A stretch of 64,000 bases of DNA from Eledone cirrhosa (GCA_964016885.1 OZ024741.1:127100001-127164000), one strand, 5' to 3'. Shown: positions 1 through 14,296, counted from the first letter of the stretch. The notes: generated by a model from the letters alone, not told the origin. A program made the numbers and translations.

Positions 1-1703
1 CCCTCTCTATGATGTATCGCATGAGGTGGAGGTTGTCGTGTATGGACCTGGTCGGGATTGCACACGTTTGCGTTTTCCCTACCAGGTTTTCGACGACAAG
101 CGCCAGCCTCGTTACTAGCACCTTGGCCAAAATCTTTAACTCTGTGTTGAGCAGAGTTATGGGCCTGAAATTGTTTATTTCGTCCCCCTTCTTCTCGTCT
201 TTCCTGATCAGCGTTACTACGCCCTTGCCTGCAGAACTGGGAATTGTCTCGTTCTGCTTCCAATTGCAGTAGACATCTTCGAGGACGCCAGAGAACAAGT
301 CCGACATGCCTCTGTAAAACTCATAGGGTAGACCGTCTAGACCGGGTGATTTGCGTTTCCCGCAGCGGCCCAGAGCGTCCCGTATCTCAGTGTCTGTGAT
401 CGGTCTTTCGCAGAACTCGGCGTCCATGCTCGAGGGACGCAGCAGGCCGGCGAGGTATGAACCAAAGTCCATTGCCCCGTTCGATGGACCGTCGTACTGC
501 TCAAACAGTCGCGCAAAGTGCCGCTGAAAGGCCGCGCACATCTGCCTGGGGGTCAAGTAGCACGCGTCCGTTTTGGTCTTTCAAAGACCGAATCGTGGAC
601 TTGTTGCCACTTTTCGCTTCCGCCACTTGGGTCCGGCTAACAGCTTTTTCTCCCTCCTTTCATAGAGCACGTGATTTACTTCTGACCACGCAGCCTTTAT
701 GTTTTGCGTCGAAGAGCTGGTCCAGTGCCGTTCTCGATGCTAGCACTCTAGCTGCGTTGCCACTCCTAAGCGCCTCTTCTACCTTGGCTACTAGTTCTGT
801 TTCTGATTTGTTTTTCTCTAAAGCTAATTCTCTGCTAAACCCTATCGATTCTACTCTAATTGCTCTCTTGAGAGAGTACCGCCATCTATTGTTGACGATG
901 GCTCTCGTCAACTCTTGCTTAACTAATCTACTTATCCGTTCACTGTAGGCTTTTCGTGCCGGCAACGACACGTTCAGCTTCCAGTATCAGGGTCCTTGTC
1001 TATGTATTCTATCACGGTTGACTATGCAGACGACTAGTTTGTGATCTGAATAGGCAACTATGTGCATTTGTGGACAGCTTAACATCTTCTTGTCCTTCTC
1101 TCTAATGAAAAACCTATCTAGACACGATCTAGATGTCCCGCTGCGGTTTGCCCACGTCCACTGTTGTGCAGTCGGGAAATCTAGTCGATACCTATCGGCC
1201 AGTTGGAATTGGCCGATTAGATTTTTTAGGCTGTTGCACCCTCCTCTACTGGGACATGCTCCCATATAGTCCCATCGTGCATCTAGGATACCATTTCAGT
1301 CCCCCACTAAAACCAAGGAGCGAGACGCTTAAAGAAGTCTAGCCGCGATTGTGATTGCCCGGTCGGGGCATAAACGGCCACCAGTCTGAAGGCTCCACCT
1401 CCAATACTGTTCACGTCTAGGACTACCAGTCTACCCTCCGAGTCCAAGTGTACTTGCTGTACTTCGAGATCCAGGTTTTTCCGAAACATGACAGTCACTC
1501 CCCCTCCACCTCCCGGCTGACAGAGATGCGTAGATCTCAAAGTCATTGAAGATGGGAGATAGTTGCTGCCTGTTGTGGATCCTGGACTTGGTGATGGCTA
1601 TTACATCTATACCGTGTGACCTAAGGTCGTTTAAAAGTTGGCCCTGTTTTCAGGGCATCCCTAAGCCACGCACATTCACGCTTCCAACTCGTAAGTCGGC
1701 CAT
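1..1703 (-). pseudogene. Tx1-type ORF2 (APE endonuclease + start of RT) with stops and frameshifts
   Basis: ATG at 1703 reads MADLRVGSVNVRGLGMP*KQG; further pieces FRLVAVYAP, LDRFF, YSDHK, KSPGLDG, FRPITLLN spread over several frames. Confidence 0.9.
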
Positions 1704-2398
1704 GTTAGTGGAGAAGAGTTGGCGAAAAGGACGAAAAGGTGCACTTATCTTTTCGTTTCCTGGAGTCGGGTTGTTCAACCTCCATTTCAGTTCTGGTGGG
1801 GGGTGTTGAGTGGGGTGGGGAAACATTTCAACAGGACACGGTTTATTGGTTTTTGGCAGTAGTTGCCAACGTCCTATGAAAACTGTTCTTTCAATTTCTG
1901 ATAAGTTTCTATCAAAACCCTTATTAGTTTTAGGTGTGGTTGAGAGTCTGCTTTTACAAAGGTTTGCCCCTCAGTTTCTACTTTGGGGTCTTGGGAGATG
2001 ACCTCCATTAGGTTTTTGTTGTTTGTGTTAATGTATGTGTATTGATGTTTGTTTTTTTGTTGTGTTGTTTTGGTTTGTTATTCATTTTGTAGTTTTCTTT
2101 TTATGGTGGGCATTTGTGTTTGGGGTGGTGTTGGTGTTTGTTTTGCTGGTAAGGGGGGGGGGGGTGATTGTGGTGCTGTTTGTGTTGTTGTTTGTGTTGG
2201 TGGTTGTATGTTCGTATTGATGATTGTTGTTTTTGTGGCTTTACGGTGTCTCTTTTTTTGTTTGTTTTTATTTCCGAGGCTCTCCTTCATCTTCACTTGG
2301 GGATGGAGGAGTAGCCTCGTCTGGTGATGAATCGTCATCAGGGGCGTGTAGGAGGGGTGTGTTGTGTGGTGATGGTGTGTTTGTGTGTGTGATTGTGG
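1..2398 (-). mobile_element. Tx1/L1-clade LINE, degenerate; 5' part missing, continues off window
   Basis: Pro/Thr-rich ORF1 remnant (1704-2398) followed by an APE-RT ORF2 homologous to the 7.9-11.3 kb element. Confidence 0.9.
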
Positions 2399-2685
2399 AT
2401 AGATAGATAGATATATTTATATATAAAATATATAGAGAGAGAGAGAGGGGGGGGGAGATAAGTGAGAGAGAACCAAGTTTCAATTTGACAATATTTCAAA
2501 TTGAAACGTCTTTCTCTCACTTAATGTAAACACTGTGCTGATTACATTAACACACTGAGGCCGTATGGAGAACACACTTTCAACTGGAATTACCCTGTTT
2601 GCGTAGTAGGATTAAGTAGTCATGGTGGCGCCACTTTCAGTATTTAACGAACATTAACCAGTAAACGTACTTATATCTATATATA

Positions 2686-2721
<36 letters not shown>

Positions 2722-2788
2722 CACACACATATATATATGTGTATTTATATATATATGTGTATATATATATATATATGTATTTATATAT

Positions 2789-2822
<34 letters not shown>

Positions 2823-2871
2823 GCATATATATATATATATATATACATACAAATTTATATATATATACATC

Positions 2872-2927
<56 letters not shown>

Positions 2928-3050
2928 GGTAAATATTGATGCAATTCAATTCAAGCACTCAACGTATTTTTTCCGCATAGGAGTGACGGAGTAAATATCG
3001 AATAAGGAAAAGCGAAGTAGTTTCAGATGTTCAAGTCCTTTAATAATAAT

Positions 3051-3124
3051 GCTGTGATATATAATTCAATGACGACACTGGCCACACTGTTCTGTGTGCG
3101 AGTGTCGTGACATCATCAGACAGC
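3051..3124 (-). ncRNA. Type I hammerhead ribozyme motif (A15.1 mutated) in a PLE-like 3' fragment (~2925-3960)
   Basis: gctgt-CTGATGA-stem II (acgacact/agtgtcgt)-GAAT-tatata-TC-acagc. Confidence 0.6.
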
Positions 3125-3968
3125 TTGTTACATAATCAGGTTATGTTTCCGTTGCAATCCAAATTGAATCGACATGGGAACGGATGAAGTGTGTGCTTTT
3201 CGGTTCTTCATCCGTTCCCCTGTGAGTACCAATTCACCCCCACCGGTCTGCGCAGGCGCATGTCCGAAGGAAGTTGACCATTAGCTACCGCAGATTTCAG
3301 CGAAATTCGCTTAGTCAGTTCACCCTCTCAGCCAAACAATGGCCCACCTAGGCCTGTACCATAGTTTACTGCTACCCATGCCGACTGTGGCAGTCAGCCG
3401 AAAGCCAGAGGGGATGGGAGAGTGTTAGTTTTTACAGGTCACAATACTACCTCTCACCAAGCGTGGACAGTACGACTGACCATCAACTCATAAGAGAAAA
3501 TAAACTTAATTCTAGGTATCATGGTTTTATATTGGAAGTTAAGAGTGAGAGTTGGAAATAAAAATTAAAATCCTAAATCAAATATCAGAAATTATAAATT
3601 AAACAATTAAAAAATTAACAATTAGAAATTAAAAAATGTTTCAAGTGAGAATCCGGATTGAGGTGAGTAAAAAAATATAGATTGAAGTGAGTAAATAATA
3701 TGGAGAGAGATGTTTAAGTAAGAAGTTCTGAGAGGGGTTCTAATGTCACAGTTACTCTATCCACATATTGAACGACAGTGGCGTACATTAGAACGGAGGG
3801 TAAACTACAGTATTCAGGGCAGTAGTCAATCTGGTACACAGTCATAATTTCCATCACATGGAACAAAACCAAAAAAAAACAGACATAAAGTACACAAAAG
3901 AAAAGAACCAATAATGAATAAATGCAAAAACACAGAGTACATATATGCATTGAAATATATATCACAGC

Positions 3969-4030
3969 ATTACCAGTAATGCACTGAGTAATTGCTGGCC
4001 TTGTGCCTAAAGTAGAAACAATTATTATTA
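3969..4030 (+). mobile_element. 3' fragment of tRNA-SINE
   Basis: Matches the 3' end of the 6457-6640 SINE. Confidence 0.75.
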
Positions 4031-4047
4031 AAGGATTTGAACTTCTG

Positions 4048-4169
<122 letters not shown>

Positions 4170-4185
4170 CATACATACATACATA

Positions 4186-4674
4186 AACGTGTTTTGCAAC
4201 GGGTCACATTGTGGCTCAATGAAAAGTTAATAAATTAAATAATCAGAGCTATATATCATAAAACATGTCTATAGAATCACCAGATAAAATATATACCATT
4301 TCCTCTCCCAATTAGCATAATTAACTATATAAAAAATCGAATAGACCAGGCTATAAGAATAAGGTTTCTATGAAGAAATCTCCAACAAATAACCGAAACT
4401 AGCCCTTGGCGTCGGCCGCAACCGAATATTTATCGAATATTTCGACAGCGTAATCGCCCAGTCAATTAAACAGAATTAGGTGTAAAATAAGCTATGAGAA
4501 AATAGAATACATTGCGACCGACGCCAAGGGCTAGTTTCGGTTATCTGTTGGAGATTTCTTCATAGAAGCCTTATTCTTATAGCCTGGTCTATTCGATTTT
4601 TTATATAGTTAATTATGCTAATTGGGAGAGGAAATGGTATATATTTTATCTGGTGATTCTATGGACATGCTTTA

Positions 4675-4683
<9 letters not shown>
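4186..4683. mobile_element. Foldback element, probably PLE-derived, abutting (TA)n
   Basis: Inverted arms 4250-4421 and 4512-4683; extra tail 4186-4249 on the left arm only. Confidence 0.75.
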
Positions 4684-4745
<62 letters not shown>

Positions 4746-5104
4746 GCTTTAATATATATATACATATATATAAGTGTGTGCATGTATGTAAGTATATGTG
4801 TGTGTGCCTGTGTATGTATGTATGTGTGTGTATACGGGTGTATACACGCATTTATTTATGTGTGTGTTTACGACTTTTGTTTATATAATTAATGGCTTTT
4901 AGGTTGTCTTTTGAAAAGTACAATGATATGTTTGTATGAAAAGATGGTCGTGTTTAAATTATGTTGAATTACTCACATATTAGTTATTAATGTCAAAACG
5001 ACTCAACTTCTTGTGCATCTAGCCGTTCATTTAGCTAACTATCTAGACATGTATTTATTGTATTTAGTCATCAATAAATAGGAACACATATTAATGTTTA
5101 TAAA

Positions 5105-5210
<106 letters not shown>

Positions 5211-5221
5211 AGTAAGTAAGA

Positions 5222-5314
5222 CCCCGACGGCTGAGCTCAAGCCGTTTCGACGGCTAATTCTGTACTGAATGAAAAATCAGTTCTGGTATTTAAATAGCCG
5301 AACTTGTCAAGGGG
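5222..5314 (-). ncRNA. Type I hammerhead ribozyme with U3-A8 variant core
   Basis: cccc-TTGACAA-g..cggcta...tagccgtc-GAAACGGCT-tgagctc-AGCCGTC-gggg. Confidence 0.75.
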
Positions 5315-5457
5315 CAATTCCATATATGGTCAAAGAGATAATCACCAGGATTGGTCATCCCACAAGGTAGTAGTAATTCAGCGAAGGCAAGTTGGTGGGG
5401 GAGGTAGCCAAACCTGCCAGTAGGAGAAAAGGGGAGAGGGGGCGGAGTAGACCCATA

Positions 5458-6023
5458 ATACCATCAAACTCTCTTACAGCACTACACCTAACTTCGCACA
5501 AAACATCGTCTCCTCCAACAACAAAAAACTCAACCCCGATGGAAGAAACAACCCAAATAGCAGTGGAGAGCCGACCAGGAGGTGCAACTGTCCTGATAGA
5601 TCAGGTTGCCCCCTCGACAACAGATGCAGAGACCGTAATGTGATCTACCAGTGCAACGTGAGCACGGACACCTTCAACAAAGCCTATATAGGATTGACCG
5701 CATGCGACTTCAAGACCCGGCTATACCAACACAGACATACCTTCCGAAACCCGGCCCGGCGTCACGCCACTACACTTTCGGGCCACATATGGGACCTCAA
5801 GGAAAACAACATCAACTATGATCTCACTTGGAAATTACTGTCCAGAGCCAACTCCTACACGGGAGGACGCTGTCCGTGCAATTTATGCTCGGAGGAAACG
5901 TTACAAATGCTGTTTTCGACGGACCAACTCCTTAACAAGAAAGATGAACTGGTTACTGCATGTAAACACCGATTACGTAGGACTTACCTCGCCCTCAAAC
6001 CCCATAATGACCCGGGGGGGTAG
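5458..6023 (+). pseudogene. PLE C-terminal Zn motif + GIY-YIG endonuclease (Naiad-like)
   Basis: NTIKLSYS...CNCPDRSGCPLDNRC..VIYQC...YIGLT..FKTRLYQH...CNLCSEE. Confidence 0.9.
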
Positions 6024-6456
6024 CGTATAACACCCCACTTGCCTATTTTGTAATGGGTAACCCCTGCTTGCCTATGGAGACGTAAGATCTTCCTTTACAC
6101 TTTTTTTTATCGATCCAGTATCTCTTTCTTCTTTTTCCCTTTTTCCCTTTTCTCCCTTTTTCCTGTATTAATTTTCCGTTCTTTATTTTTAATTCGTACG
6201 ACTTTTCATGTAGCTTGGATAAGACATTTTGTTTCGTGGCGGTACCCTTAGAGTTAGCACCATTATTTTTTTGCGGGACCCTGAATTACATTCTCGTACT
6301 AGTCTACTTTCTTGCACTGGGTGGTTGCTGGCCCGGTGTTTGGGGTAGAAACCGTTATTTATTTATTTTTTTCGTGGTGGTCTCTGTAGTATTCCGACCC
6401 CCCCCCCCTCTGTTGACCCGTCACCGTACGATACACGCACTTATACCCCGCATAAG

Positions 6457-6640
6457 GGTGGAGTGGCAGTATCGGTAGAGGGTCGGACGCCATGCTTTCC
6501 AGCATAGTTACGTCCCTTTACGATCTGAGTTCAAATCCCGCCGAGGTTGACTTTGCTTTCATCCTTACGAGGTCGATAAAATAAAGTACCAGTAATGCAC
6601 TGGGTAATTGCTGGCCTTGTGCCTAAAGTAGAAACAATTA
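6457..6640 (+). mobile_element. tRNA-derived SINE
   Basis: A-box-like TGGCAGTATCGG and B-box GAGTTCAAATCC; multiple copies in the window. Confidence 0.85.
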
Positions 6641-6862
6641 TATATATATATACATACATACAAATATTATATTTGTACATATGATATATGCATATGATAT
6701 ACATATAGATAGATAGATTTTTTATGTTTTTGTATTTGTCTATGCCTGTAAGCTCGTCAGTAATATGTTTCAATATTTAAAGAGCTCTCTGTACAATCGT
6801 AAAAATGGGGAGAGAAGACATATTCTAAAACATTGATGCCATGTACATATATATAAAAATAC

Positions 6863-7287
<425 letters not shown>

Positions 7288-7876
7288 TTCTTGTCACCAA
7301 TGAATACATTCTCTGCATTATATATATAAAGTTACGAATCCTATAAAAGCAATATATATTCTGAAATAAAAAGTAAAGAAATATAATAGAGGGTATAAGT
7401 GTTGGAAATAAAAGCAAAACTATGCGAGAGCTAAATGTATATTGAAAGAAAGAATACATAAACTGAATAGCCACTTGTAAATTTATAATGTATATATAGG
7501 TTACAGCTTTTCTTTTCTATTTGTTTACACCACACATATCACTTGTTTATCCTGCAGAATCTATAAATCAACCTCACTACCACTATTACTACTACTACTA
7601 CTACTAATAATAATAATAATGATTTCTTTATTAACCACAAGGGTTTACATAAAGTAGACATTAAGGACAGTGCCGGACAATACAGGACGGTACAAATGGG
7701 CATTTCTGCGTGTAAAAAAAACAAAAAAAAACAGAGGGTGTAACAAAAAATAACAATGAAAAATTCCCCAATAGGGGGGAGACTTCGGAGGGACATTTGT
7801 GGAGCAAGCCCAGTAAAAAGCCACAATGACCCTGACCACCAAGGCAAGTGCCCTCTCCCAGTTTTCCACCTTTAAT

Positions 7877-10800
7877 TTACAGATATATACTCAGAGTAGG
7901 CCCATTTACTCGGGCCATTCTTGCTTCTCTTACCCATCTTTCAACAAAATGCTGGGAAGAGAGCACTTCCCTCTCTACTCTGATTTTCCTTTTCAAATGA
8001 AATTTGAAAAAGTCCATCAGAGCATCACCGAAGAGGTAAGTGCTCGTCTTCAGCCCTTTCAAACGTGTCCACCATACTATCTCTTTCGCCATGTCCACCA
8101 GACAGATAAAAACTGCCTGCCCTTCCCGTCTAAAGGAGGAGGGCGGGGCAATCCTCACGATGGACTCAGCTGATAGCCGGATCCGTCCTAAACGCGACAG
8201 CAGGTGTTCGACATAAACCCACAAGTCAGCAATTTTCGGACACTGGACGAGTGCGTGCAGGACGGTTTCGTCGCCCTGTGCGCATCTCGGACATGCCCGG
8301 CTGACGGCACCTCCATGCCTGTAGAGTTTATCCCGAACTGGCAAGACTCCTCGGTAGCACTGCCAGGCCAGAGATTTCTGGAAGTTGTCCATAGGCCCTG
8401 GCCCGAAAGTTCTTCCGAAGAGATTGGCTAGTTGATTTTCGTCGACGCCTAGAGTTTCCCCAAGTACGTCGTCGCTCTTCCCCTCCACTAATCCTCTATA
8501 GAACGCCGAGGTGGAGTTTCCACCGATCACATTGCCCGATTGGTCGAGGGCTGTGAGCGCCTGAAGACATTCCAGTCTCCAGGCGCTCACTCTCGGTCTT
8601 CGCTTGACCCAGGACTGCAGCTCCGTCAAGGAAACGAGCTGGGGAAATACGTGTCTAGCAAACGGCGACCACACCTGATCACCGTCGAGGAAGAGGTGGA
8701 GATGTCGTAGCCTGAGCGCGTGCCTGTGCATCATCAGCCACGGCATGCCCAGCCCTCCACGTAGCGGGTGTTGACAACAGATGGACCGCCTGACCATCGG
8801 AGCGCGTCCCTTCCACAAAAAGCGAAAGAGCAAACGCTTCAGCGCAGTCAGGCGAGGCTTAGGACAAGGTACGACGGTCAGGCGGTAGCAGATGACAGAC
8901 GCGATGTACGCGTTAGCCACCTCCGCTCGACCTTTCAGGGATAGCTTCCTCTCCGCCCATTTCTGGGTGAGAGAAGCCACCCTGCTCGTCACCTCGTCCC
9001 AGTTTTTGTCCGTCTGGAGGTCCGGACCGAACCAGACCCCTAGCAATTTAACCGGTCCGTCCGTCCAGTGTCCGACGACGCTGTTGGACAGCATGGACCT
9101 GCCTCTCCAGGTGCCGAGTTGCAGGCCCACTGACTTTTCCTGGTTTATCATTGCTCCTGTCACCGCTTCGTATTCTCTTAGTGTAGTGCCGATCGCCTCG
9201 ATGCGTTTGGCGTTCGACACCACTACGGTGACATCGTCCGCATATGCTGACACGGATCTTCCGCATCCTAGTTCGCGCGGGACGCCCCTCAACGTCTCCA
9301 GTTTGTGCAGTAATTGCTCGAGAGTCAATACGTACAAGAGGGACGAGAGGGGACATCCTTGGCGGACCGAGCGCATGATGTTGAACGGTTCCGACAGGTG
9401 ACCGTTCACTCTCACCACAGAGCAGATGTCGCTGTGCATGGCAGTGATCCAGCCTCTGAAGACGGGCCCAAAGCCAGCCGCCCTCAGGACTGCCACTAGG
9501 TAACGATGGTCGACCCTATCGAAAGCTTTCGACTGATCTAAATTGATCAAGGACCCACCCGTGCCAGGTTCCCTAGCTACCCTCTCTACGATGTATCGCA
9601 TGAGGTGGAGGTTGTCGTGGATGGATCTGTCGGGAATGGCGCATGTCTGCGCCTCTCCCACCAGACCACCAACGACAAGCGCCAACCTCTTTGCTAGCAC
9701 CTTGGCCAAAATCTTGAACTCTGTGTTTAGCAGAGTTATGGGCCGGAAATTATCTATGTTATCCCCCTTGTTCGGATCCTTTCTCAGCAGTGCCACCGCT
9801 CCTCGGCTCACAGAACTGGTAATTCTCCCGTTCTGTTGCCAGTTGCAGTAGACGTCCGCCAAGAGGCCTCCGAACAAGTCTGGCATCTGTACGTAAAGTT
9901 CATAGGGCAGACTATCCAAACCAGGCGATTTACCCCTTGTGCAGCTAGTCATTGCCTCCCTTACTTCAGCGGCTGTTATCGGCTTTTCGCAAAACCTCGC
10001 CTCAGTGGCCGAGAGCCGCGGCAGTCCGTCGAGGTAGACACTAAAGTCCATCCCTCGACCCGGCCCACAGCTTCCCCCGAACAGCTGAGCGAAGTGTCGC
10101 TGAAAAGCTTCACACATTTTCCCGGGATCGAGTAGCATGCGCCCGTCGTGGTCCACCAAAGACCGGATCGTGGCTTTGTTGCCACGACGCGCCTCCGCCA
10201 CTCGGGCCCATTGAACGGCTTTCGTCCCCTCGTGTCTGAGAGAACGCACCCTAGCTCTGACAACGCAGCCTTCATGCTTTGCATTGAAGAATTGGTCAAG
10301 GGACAATTTCGCCGCAAGCACGTCGGTCGCAATGCCTTTGCTAAGCGCCTCGTCTAATTTTCTAACTAGTTCTCCCTCTGCTCTATTTTTCTCTATTGCT
10401 AAAGCCTTACTAAACCTAATGGATTCTATTCTAATCGCTCTTTTCAGAGCAAACCACCACTTGTTGTTGACGATGGCCCCCGTCAACGCCCGCTTAACTA
10501 GTTCGCTAATCCGGTCTCTGTAGGCCTTGCGCGCTGGTAAGGACGCGTTTAGCTTCCAGTAGCCGGGTCCTCGTCTATGAAGCCTATCTAAGTCAAGCAC
10601 ACAGATCACGAATTTGTGGTCCGTGTAGCTGACTATCTTGAATTGTGGACAGCCTATGCTAGACCTATCTATTTCCCTACAAAATACTCTATCTAGATAT
10701 AATCTGGATGACCCTATGCGATTTGTCCAAGTCCACATTGGCGCATTCGGGAAATCCAATCGGTACCTGTCAGCCAGTTCAAAACGCCTGAGCAGGTTGG

Positions 10801-11296
10801 TGAGGCTCTTGCACCCTCCACCCCTATCCGCTAATCCCACACAGTCTCAGCGTGCATCTAAGATCCCGTTCCAGTCGCCCACTAACACTAAAGAGCGGGA
10901 CGTTCCAAGAAAGGTCTCCAGACGCCGGAAGAAATCAGGCTGCCCTGCTCCTGTCGAGGCATAGACGGCCACTAGCCTGAAAGCTTGCCCGTCTCCGCTG
11001 GTCACGTCCAGCACCACCAGCTTACCCTCTGGGTCCAGGAAGATGGCCCGTATGGCGAGATCCAAACCTCTCCGAAAAAGCACAGCAACTTCTCCCCCCG
11101 ATCCAGGACGGCTGGGAGATGCGTACACATCGTAGCCGCCGAAGATCGGTGCGAAGGCCCGTGCTTCGGAGATTCTGGTCTCGCTGATGGTCACTACATC
11201 TATGTTTAGTGACCTGAGGTCTTTGAGCAGGTGACCCTGTTTCCATGACGACCCCAAGCCACGCGCATTTATGCTGCCTATTCTGAGTGAGGTCAT
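7877..11296 (-). pseudogene. Tx1 ORF2 (APE endonuclease, RT, C-terminal CCHC) with one frameshift near 10843
   Basis: GSINARG, SET, VGDWN, YTDH, KSPGLD, DQSKAFD, QGCPLS, AYADD, CPRC..ETVLHALVQC; ORFs 10847-11296 and 7877-10840. Confidence 0.95.
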
Positions 11297-11331
11297 GTTT
11301 AAAATAGAGTGGAAAAGATGGGAAAGACCAC

Positions 11332-12914
11332 TTACCGTACTTTTGGTAGAGGAGGGATGGTTTTTACATCCCTTTTCACTTGATCGTCTGGTGAAGGGAC
11401 CGTTGAATCGTCCCTTCGGCTGGTCATCGGCTCTCCTATGAGTATGTCCGAATATACTCTTCGGTTGATAGTTCCTCCTAGGTCTCTGAAATGACCAACT
11501 GCGTTGGGGAATTTCGTTTTAATGTTTGTGTATTGTTTCTGTGCTATTTTTAGCAGTCTTATGTTAGTTGGCGTTTTGATTGGTGCTGGTATTATGTAGT
11601 CGTGCTGTGAAATGTCTGTGTGTTCAGTTATGTAAGTCATTAGTTTCTTGTTGTGTGTATTTATTGCTGTGCATTTGTTTTTCTGGGGGTGGGGTGTGGT
11701 TCTGCTATTTTCTTGTCGTTATTGCTGGGTGTGTGTGTTTTGTTGCTGTGTTTGCGATATTGGTGCTTGTGGTGGTGGTGTTGAAGGTGTTGTTGTTGTT
11801 GGCGGTGGGGTTGTCGCCGGTGGTGATGGTGGTGCTAGTGTGGGTGGTGATGGTGTTGGTGGTGTTGCTGCTGTGAGTCTATTTGCAGTAGCCTTTACCC
11901 TTTTTTCATTTCTTTCCTCCCTTTTCGAAGACGACGATGCGCTGCTTCTGCGTTTGTGCCTTCTTACGACCTTTTGCCATCCCTCTCCCACCTCACACTC
12001 CATGTCTGATTCTGTGAGGTCGGGGAGGGGTACCAGCTCCACTCTTTCACTTGTTGTTGTTGGTGATGTTTGCAGTGGAGTCTCTGTTGCAGCTGCATTT
12101 GGTATTGCTGTTGTTGTTGTTAATATTTCCACTGCTGCTGCTGTTTTTGATTTCCTAAGGCTTTTTGTATTTGAGCCTCTGTGGCTCTTTCAACCCTACG
12201 GGATTTTGTGCTTACTGTACGGTACGTGACCGTACAGTGCTGTTGGGTTTCGAAGATGTTTTCGGCTGCCTTGCAGATTGCTCGGTGTCCGGTTTTCATC
12301 ACCATCTTCTTCGCTTCCTCTAATTCCTCATTTGTTATGAGGATGGTTTCCAGGTTCTTTGCGATACCTGCAAACGAGATTGGTTTTTCTTTGCTACTGT
12401 TGTTGTTGTTGTTGTTGTTGTCGTCAGAGCTGCTGTTACTTTTGTTGTTGCTGCAGGTACTACGACTACTGCCGCCGCCGCTGTTGCTGTGGTTGTTGTT
12501 GTTGTTGCTGCTGCTGCTGTTGTTGTTGCTGTTGCTGCTAATGCTGTTGTTGTTTATGCTGCTGCTGATGCTGTTGCGGCTGCTACTGTTGTTTTCCTTG
12601 TCACTGTTGCTGCTGCTGCTGTTATTACGGCTGCCACTGCTATTATTCCTGAGGTCAGACGAATGAAATGGGTTTTCGTATTTCCCGCACACCTTTTTCG
12701 TCGTTGTCGTCGTCGTCGTGGAGAAATCTTGCACGCTTTGCACGTGATTTTTCTTTTCTGGCGTCGCTTGCGAAAAAGAAGGGAGGGAGAGAGACAATCT
12801 TCTCTCTGCTGTCGTGACGATTGAGGAAGAAGAAGGCGGAATGAGTGGGAGTGACCTATGAAAATTCTTTTTTGTAGCCATGTTGTTTTTTTGTTTAAAA
12901 TAAATATTGGGCAC
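11332..12914 (-). pseudogene. Tx1 ORF1, disrupted, with Ser/Asn- and Pro/Thr-rich tracts
   Basis: Consecutive minus-strand ORFs 12120-12914, 11719-12132 and 11332-11640 upstream of ORF2. Confidence 0.7.
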
Positions 12915-13099
12915 AAAACCCCAATAAGCGGTTATTTAACCCCGAAGGGCCAAATAACAGGCAGAAAGACCCCTCTCACGAGGAGGAGGAGGGTGTTTTT
13001 GTCTACAATTTGGTTAAAGTTTTAAACAATTTACGATTGTTATAGCGGTCAAAATTTACAATACCTTACAGAGCCGAGCCTCCGTCAACCGTAGCATTC

Positions 13100-13197
<98 letters not shown>

Positions 13198-13813
13198 GAG
13201 CTGCACAATACATACATTGAATAATGTGTAAGCATTTTGACCTGCCCCATCAAAAGAATTGGTGGGAGCATCAACCACCTCCCATACTTGAAAAAGATCA
13301 CATCTCAATCTTGTGGAACTTTAGCATCCAAACAGACCGAAAAATAGATGCAAATAGACCTGATATAATATTGAAGGACTTTAAAAAGAGGGTATGCCTG
13401 TTAATTGATATGTCTGTTCCAATAGACAAGAATGTATGTATAAAAACATTTGAAAAATTGAGCAAGTATAAGGACCTGGAGATAGAAATTGGAAAAATGT
13501 GAAAATTGAGAACTAAAACAATACCAGTGGTTGTAGGCGCTCTGGGAATGATACCTAAGGGGTCTAATGATTACTTATCGCAGATCCCAGGAAACCCGCG
13601 TATGGGAGGAATACAAAAGATAGTACTAATGGGAACTGCCCATATACTAAGAAAGATTCTGTCAATATAAGTACATCACAAGTCTAAACACCTAAAGATG
13701 CATGTGTGTGTATGTATGTTCTTTCTTGAACATGGTGGACCTTGTTGTCTCTTTAGGTCACTGGTTGTGACTTGGTGATAACTCGTATGAACATAAAGCA
13801 AGATAAATGCAAC
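13198..13813 (+). mobile_element. 5'-truncated R4/Dong LINE (RLE domain + 3'UTR) in (TAA)n
   Basis: ILWNFSIQTDRKIDANRPDIIL...LLIDMSVP...EKLSKYKDLEIE; bounded by (TAA)n on both sides. Confidence 0.9.
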
Positions 13814-13904
<91 letters not shown>

Positions 13905-13905
<1 letters not shown>

Positions 13906-14296
13906 GACCTGACCTGGTGGTTGTGGACAAAGAAAAAAGATCGTGTCTGATTGTGGATGTGGCCTGCCCGTTCGACACGAGAGTGCAAGAGAAGGAGAGG
14001 GAGAAAATTAACCGATACCAGGACCTAAAGTGGGAGGTGAAAAGGATTTGGAACTGCCATGAAGTCAAAGTGATCCCGATTGTCATAGGCGCACTGGGGA
14101 CTATCTCCAAAGGTTTCCAGGGATGGTTAAAGAAAATCGGCCCCTTCACGCTTTTTGGAACGCTTCAAAAGGCATGCTTGCTTGGAACAGCAAGAACCCT
14201 CCGATACGTCCTGAATATCTGAGGCTGCAGGTAGTGGCTTGATATTCAATCCAACGGACTTTCCAGTTAACCAACATCAATGACTTAGATTCAAGG
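13905..14296 (+). mobile_element. Second, distinct 5'-truncated R4/Dong LINE in (TAA)n
   Basis: RPDLVVVDK...IVDVACPFD...EKINRYQDLKWE...PIVIGALG...LQKACLLGTA. Confidence 0.9.

Larger units (their letters stand above)
7621..13099 (-). mobile_element. Near full-length Tx1/L1-clade LINE flanked by (AAT)n on both sides
   Basis: ORF1 remnant, APE-RT-CCHC ORF2, AATAAA at 7627-7632, (AAT)n at 7606-7620 and 13100-13197. Confidence 0.95.

Noticed and set aside
2461-2522. Hairpin ending GAAACGTC
   Set aside because: No CTGANGA-like strand; at most a relic
4365-4480. Hammerhead in the 4186 foldback
   Set aside because: Two partial matches (TGAAGA..GAAACTAGCC; minus-strand GAAATATT..AATATTC), neither with an acceptable core and stems
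8204-12824. Plus-strand ORFs overlapping the Tx1 element
   Set aside because: Antisense shadows of a GC-rich or triplet-repeat coding strand
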